Sequence record: NC_055712.1
Source: Escherichia phage phT4A
Length of the DNA: 64,000 nt
Strand: one strand, 5' to 3'
The position numbers and the translations under genes are program-made. Numbering within the stretch: position 1 is the first letter of the stretch; each line of letters begins with the position of its first letter. Below, in pieces: positions 59,216 through 64,000 of this stretch. The notes beneath the pieces are model-generated. The model searched no databases, was not told the DNA's origin, and saw only the letters and a program-made list of their open reading frames with translations.

Positions 59216-62200
59216 TTCGTCATATCACTGGTAAAAACGCGCTTAATGATGGTTGGTACATCGGTTCTGGTGGTGAGAGCAATAAAGGGTTTTTAGAAAT
59301 CGGTACAATTGATGACGGTGATGAAGAGATCCGTTTCGTTTCCCGTGGTTCTGGTGATACTGTTCGTCGTACTCTGAAACTTATTGATTCCGGTGGTAAC
59401 ACTCGCGTACCAGGTAACATCTATATTGATGAAGCTATGGGCGGTGGTGGTTCTGCTTTTATTTCAAAAAACAAAGCATATTTCGGTGCTGGCGGTGCTG
59501 ATATCTATATGCGTAACACTGCTGGCGGTGCGACAAATCAGTTAACGATCACTGATGGCGGTGAATTGCTGTTTCAAGCAAAACCTGTATACTGGGACGG
59601 TCGTAAACCGACTTTAACCGAATTGGGGATCGGGCGGGTTGAAAACGCGCGTCAAATGCAGCAAGACAATTGGCCTATAACTACAGGTAATGAAACCCGA
59701 TGGGTTAAAGTTGCTCTTTTAAAAGATCCTGGCTCAGGTCATAGTCGCTTGCAACTGATGGTGACTAACGGCGGTAACTATGGTTCTACACGCGGATCGT
59801 TCGATTTTATCGATTGTTCTGCTCGTAGTATGCCTTCAACATTAACGGCTGCAAATATTCGTTCTTATCTGCAAATTCGTCGATTGGGCGATCCGGCAAT
59901 GGATGACACTAACCAGATGCGTTATAGTTTGGTTCGCACATCCGAAGGTTTGGAATTGTGGTTTACTCAAAGATCGTTCATCGGTAGTACAAAAATTGCT
60001 CTGTTATCTACGGCTGGCGTGACTGAATATTATATTCCTAGTGGATATACATCACAAACAACCGCTCCGGATGGTTTGATCGAGAGTAAGCCTATTCGTA
60101 TCTATGACGAAATGAACAAACCTAGCCTTGACGATGGTACTGATGGTATTCTGTCTGTTGCTAAAGGTGGTACAGGCGCAAGTACAGCGGCTGCTGCTCG
60201 CACAAACTTAGGTTTGGGTACTGCTGCAACCCGTGATGTTGGTACAGGTTCCGGACAAGTAATGCTTGTTGGTGCTTACGGTTTAGGCGGTAAGGGTACA
60301 TCATATAGCATCGCAAATGCTCGCGACTTCCTGAAACAACTGCGTACTGATGGTTCTCAGTTCATGCGAAATACGCTTGGTACTGACATTAACTATGGTA
60401 TGGGCGCAAGTTTTTATAGTTCCGTATCAGATGTTCATGCAGTGATCTCGGTTGATTGGAATACTGGTCGCGTTAAAGTTGGTGCAACTAATGATACTAA
60501 CCTTAACTCAGATACAGGAAGAATCAACTTCCAGGAACTGTACGGTACTGCATTTAAACCGACTCCGGATGACGTAGGGGCTGTTGCACGTGCTGGTGAT
60601 ACGATGTCTGGTGATCTGACGATCTCTAAAGTGTCGCCTGGTTTCCATTTGAATGCTGAGAGCGGAAACTCCGTAATTTGGTTTAAGTATAAAGGGGTTG
60701 AAAGTGGTGCTGTGTGGGCGTTGCCTAATACTGCCTCTTCTGGTGAAGTTCGCATTCGTGCCAGAACGTCGGGCGGAACGACTGGGGGCGAATTCTCATT
60801 TAAATCAGACGGTACATTTACATCACCTGGTAATATCAATATTACTAGCGGCGCTTTCAACGGTAAAAGTGTCAATACTCAGTATGCGAACTTTAATAAC
60901 ACAAGTTCAACAACAACCGAACAAACCGTTTCTATTAGTGGTTCGCAGCACACTCCTCTGTTACTGAATAGACCGACTAACTCGAACTTGTCTATCGGGT
61001 TTAAACTTTCCGGAATGAACATGAAACGTTTGGGTATCGATGTAAACGGTGATATTCGTTACGGTGAAGCCGAAAACCAGACACAAAACGCATGGCTGTT
61101 GACTTCGGATACCATAAACAGATGGAGTGTTAACTTCGGGCGTGATATTAACGTTGCAGGTGTAGTTAATTCAACTGGTGGATTTACTGGCCCTGTTACT
61201 GCATATGATTTGACCGGGGTAACTCAGGATCTTGATGCTTTAACATTGAACAATGCCGAACCAGGACATATTAAAGTTTATTCGTGCCGTAGTATGGGTG
61301 GCGGTGATAACATCACCAATAAACCTTCCGGCGTAGGTGGTAACTTTATTGTTATCGTTGAATGTCTCCGTAAAGTCGGCGATACTGATTACACTAACCG
61401 TCAAGTATTACGCGCATCGGACAATAAACGCAGTTGGGAACGTTGGTTTACTGTTAGCGGTACTGCTAAAGCCTGGACACCGTGGAGAATGAACGTTGTT
61501 AGCGGAAACGATGACGATGTATCATTTAAATCTGTTACCACAACTACAGGAAACCTGAACAGTGGAAACGATCTGATTGTTGCGAACAACGCTCGCGTAG
61601 GTGGCAACTTAGGGTTAGGTGGTGCTTCTTCCACGACATACACTGATAAAGGTGTTGTGATTGGTAACGGTAGTGCGCTGTTAGAATCCACTGATGGTCG
61701 CATGATTATTGGTAGTTCTGGTGCTGGTCGTGCTGTTGAATTGCGTCCTGGTGGCCCAACTCAAACCAACAACGGGATCAAAGTGACTGCTACCTCTGGA
61801 AGTGGTGGTGATACTGCGATCGAGTATGCGCAAGGGGTGAAAATCCGGGCAAATAACGGTGGTGCGTTGATTATTTCTGCTAAAGCTGGACAAACGATTT
61901 ATCTACGTCCTCAAGGAGATACATCCAGCACAAACGAAACAAGGATTGATTCTAGTGGTAACATGATAGTTAATGGTAATATCAGTGCAAACGGAAATAT
62001 GTCTGCTACTGGTACGTTAACTGTTTCTGGTGCTACTACATTAAACAACACATTAACGGTTAATAATGTAGGGCCAATCGAGAAACGGGGGATCAGGACG
62101 TATACAGAAGGTTCTGTTACTGTCAACGAAACCGACGGCATTACGATGTTTGGTAATGGCACAATTCATGGCACAATGCGATTAGTTGAGAGAGTGAATA

Positions 62201-62817
62201 ATACTACTTTCATCGGTCTGCAAACTTCCATTAATGACACTACAAACGGTTGGTTTGAATTCCACCACACAGGAAAATTCAAATCAAACAATATCGAAGC
62301 CTCTGGTAATATTGTTAGTTTGACTGGTTCCATTGGTGCTGTTGGTGCATTGACTGTAACGGCTCCTTCTTCTGATAACGGTACTGACCATATTTGGTTC
62401 CGTAACTCTGATGGATCTGAACGTGGTGTTATCTATATGCCAGGCAATGCTAATATTGGCGGTTTCCGCGTTCGTGGTGTGGAATGGCAATTTGATGGCG
62501 GTGCTAGTCAGTTTATCGGCCCTGGTGCTCGTTGGCGTATTCACCCTGATGGTAATATTCAGGCTGATGTTTTTAGCGGTTATCTGAATAACTACATCAA
62601 TGATCGGTTTAACGCGTGTGCTCAGTGGGTTCGTACTGGTGCTCAACAGGACTTTGGTCAGATCGGTCGTCCTGCTCCTGGTTTAACAGTTCCTGCTGGT
62701 TGGGTTTTAGTTGGTCTTAACGCCAACGGTAACGAAGCTAACCAGAACATGCAGTTAATCGGTGGTCGTTTGCAGGTATGGAAGAATAACGTTCAATGGG
62801 TTGATTCTGCAACTTGA
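58944..62817 (+). CDS. gp37: gp37-like long tail fibre distal subunit (5' end in gap)
   Basis: Post-gap frame begins LAKIQFLRSTVAGKTPTTSQLADGELAINMAD, matching T4 gp37 residues 3-35 ([32 protein letters not shown]); ~1290 aa; C-terminal receptor region unlike T4. Confidence 0.8.
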
Positions 62818-62822
62818 TAAAA

Positions 62823-62847
62823 TAGGGGCTTCGGCCCCTTCATTCTT
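62823..62847 (+). terminator. hairpin terminator after gp37-like gene
   Basis: GGGGCttcgGCCCC followed by TTCATTCTT. Confidence 0.5.
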
Positions 62848-62859
62848 AAAGGTAAAATA

Positions 62860-63261
62860 ATGATTGTTAAACAAATGAAAGGTATTCGCTGGCATCATAA
62901 TTTTGAAGGTGGTGCTTACTATCGTGATTGTAATGACAAGTGCTGGTATGAATTTCGTAATTCTTTGGATAAAAATTCCCATATCATTATAGTTGATGCT
63001 AAAACCAATAAAATCATTAACTATTATAACGGTGATGATCCTACGATGATTGGATTGTTTGCTGATAAAGAAATGATTCTTAATGTGTATCAGCTATCAG
63101 AATTTCCTGTTAATGACTGGGGAGAATTCTCTAAGCGAGAATTTAAGTTCGAAGATGATAAGGTAGTCATGACGAAAGATGTTGAACTTCCGAAATCTCG
63201 AACAAAAGAAGATATCATGGCAGATTTGATAAAACTTCAAAAAGAGCTAGAGGTAATGTAA
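62860..63261 (+). CDS. hypothetical protein, low-GC insert between tandem fibre genes
   Basis: 133 aa; visibly AT-rich codon usage relative to neighbours; terminators on both sides. Confidence 0.5.
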   Translation: MIVKQMKGIRWHHNFEGGAYYRDCNDKCWYEFRNSLDKNSHIIIVDAKTNKIINYYNGDDPTMIGLFADKEMILNVYQLSEFPVNDWGEFSKREFKFEDDKVVMTKDVELPKSRTKEDIMADLIKLQKELEVM

Positions 63262-63266
63262 TTTCT

Positions 63267-63296
63267 AAGGCTACCTATATGGTAGCCTTTTTGTTG
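63267..63296 (+). terminator. rho-independent terminator
   Basis: AAGGCTACCtatatGGTAGCCTT followed by TTTGTTG. Confidence 0.6.
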
Positions 63297-63339
63297 TATG
63301 CTAAATATACCTATAGCAACCTAAGAAGAGTCTTATAAA

Positions 63340-64000
63340 ATGGCTNNNNNNNNNNNNNNNNNNNNNNNNNNNNNNNNNNNNNNNNNNNNNNNNNNNNNNN
63401 NNNNNNNNNNNNNNNNNNNNNNNNNNNNNNNNNNNNNNNNNNNNNGGCTGATTTAGCAAAAATTCAATTCCTACGTAGCACAGTTACGGGGAAAACACCT
63501 ACTACAAGTCAGCTTGCAGATGGTGAACTGGCGATCAACATGGCTGATTATGCCATTTACACGAAAAATGGTTCTTCGATCGTTCAGTTAGCGGGTAAAG
63601 GTATCCCAGAAACAAATACCAAAAAATTAACAGTTGATGGGCCTAGTGCTCTTAATGATACCGTTACCGTAGCGGAAGGTAAAACTATTACTTTCACCAA
63701 CGAGGATTTAAGTGGTGGAATAACTCGTCATATCGTTGGCAAATGCGCCACTAATGATGGTTGGTACATCGGTTCCGGTGGTACAAGCAACAATGGTATT
63801 CTTGAAATCGGTACTATTGATGACGGCGTTGAAACCATCCAGATCGTACAGCGCGGCGCAGGCAACGTTGAAGCCAGAAAGTTAGTCTTGCTTGATGGTT
63901 CGGGTAATACGAATCTTCCTGGTGATTTAAGATTAACCACCAATAAAGCTGTTAAAATTTCGAATGGAAGCACTCTTACACTAGAAATGGGCGTAGGTGC
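63340..64000 (+). CDS. second gp37-like distal tail fibre gene (partial; interrupted by 100-N run; open to window end)
   Basis: ATGGCT before the gap, then GGCTGATTTAGCAAAAATTCAATTCCTACGTAGC = (M)ADLAKIQFLRS..., same N-terminal module as 58944 copy, then a divergent sequence. Confidence 0.7.
63346..63445. other. assembly gap (100 N), possibly spurious
   Basis: Flanks share GGCT; joining them gives ATG GCT GAT TTA ... in frame with the T4 gp37 N-terminus. Confidence 0.85.
63446..63717 (+). repeat. fibre 5' module, copy 2
   Basis: See 58944-59215. Confidence 0.85.

Overview
This window is a contiguous stretch of a T4-like (Tevenvirinae-type) myovirus genome, apparently a draft scaffold with four runs of exactly 100 N. 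Left to right: a partial gp3-like gene (-), an inserted plus-strand early gene with its own sigma70-type promoters and terminator, gp2 (-) and gp4 (-), then the late structural operon on the plus strand: gp53, gp5 (hub/lysozyme), an unrecognised ~540-aa helical ORF, gp6 to gp12, wac, gp13, a GIY-YIG homing endonuclease, gp14 to gp20, gp67, gp68, gp21, gp22, gp23, a second GIY-YIG endonuclease and gp24. This is followed by uvsY, uvsW.1/uvsW (-) and a ~16 kb accessory region of about 30 small genes: HAD phosphatases, an NMP-kinase-like protein, an Arr-like ADP-ribosyltransferase candidate, RNA ligase 2, a DprA/SLOG-like protein, NadV, Dam, NrdC, endonuclease VII and an NrdG fragment. The window ends with the long tail fibre genes gp34, gp35 (runs into a gap) and two tandem gp37-like distal fibre genes that share a near-identical 5' module. 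Gene calls rest on recalled similarity to T4 proteins, motif inspection and synteny; no database search was run. Three conserved genes (the early insert, wac, gp67) are each broken by a 1-nt frame change inside a homopolymer, which most likely reflects homopolymer sequencing indels. Leading candidates for something new are the ORF after the gp5 spike, the duplicated fibre locus with a low-GC insert, and the NadV / SLOG-like / Arr-like accessory cluster.
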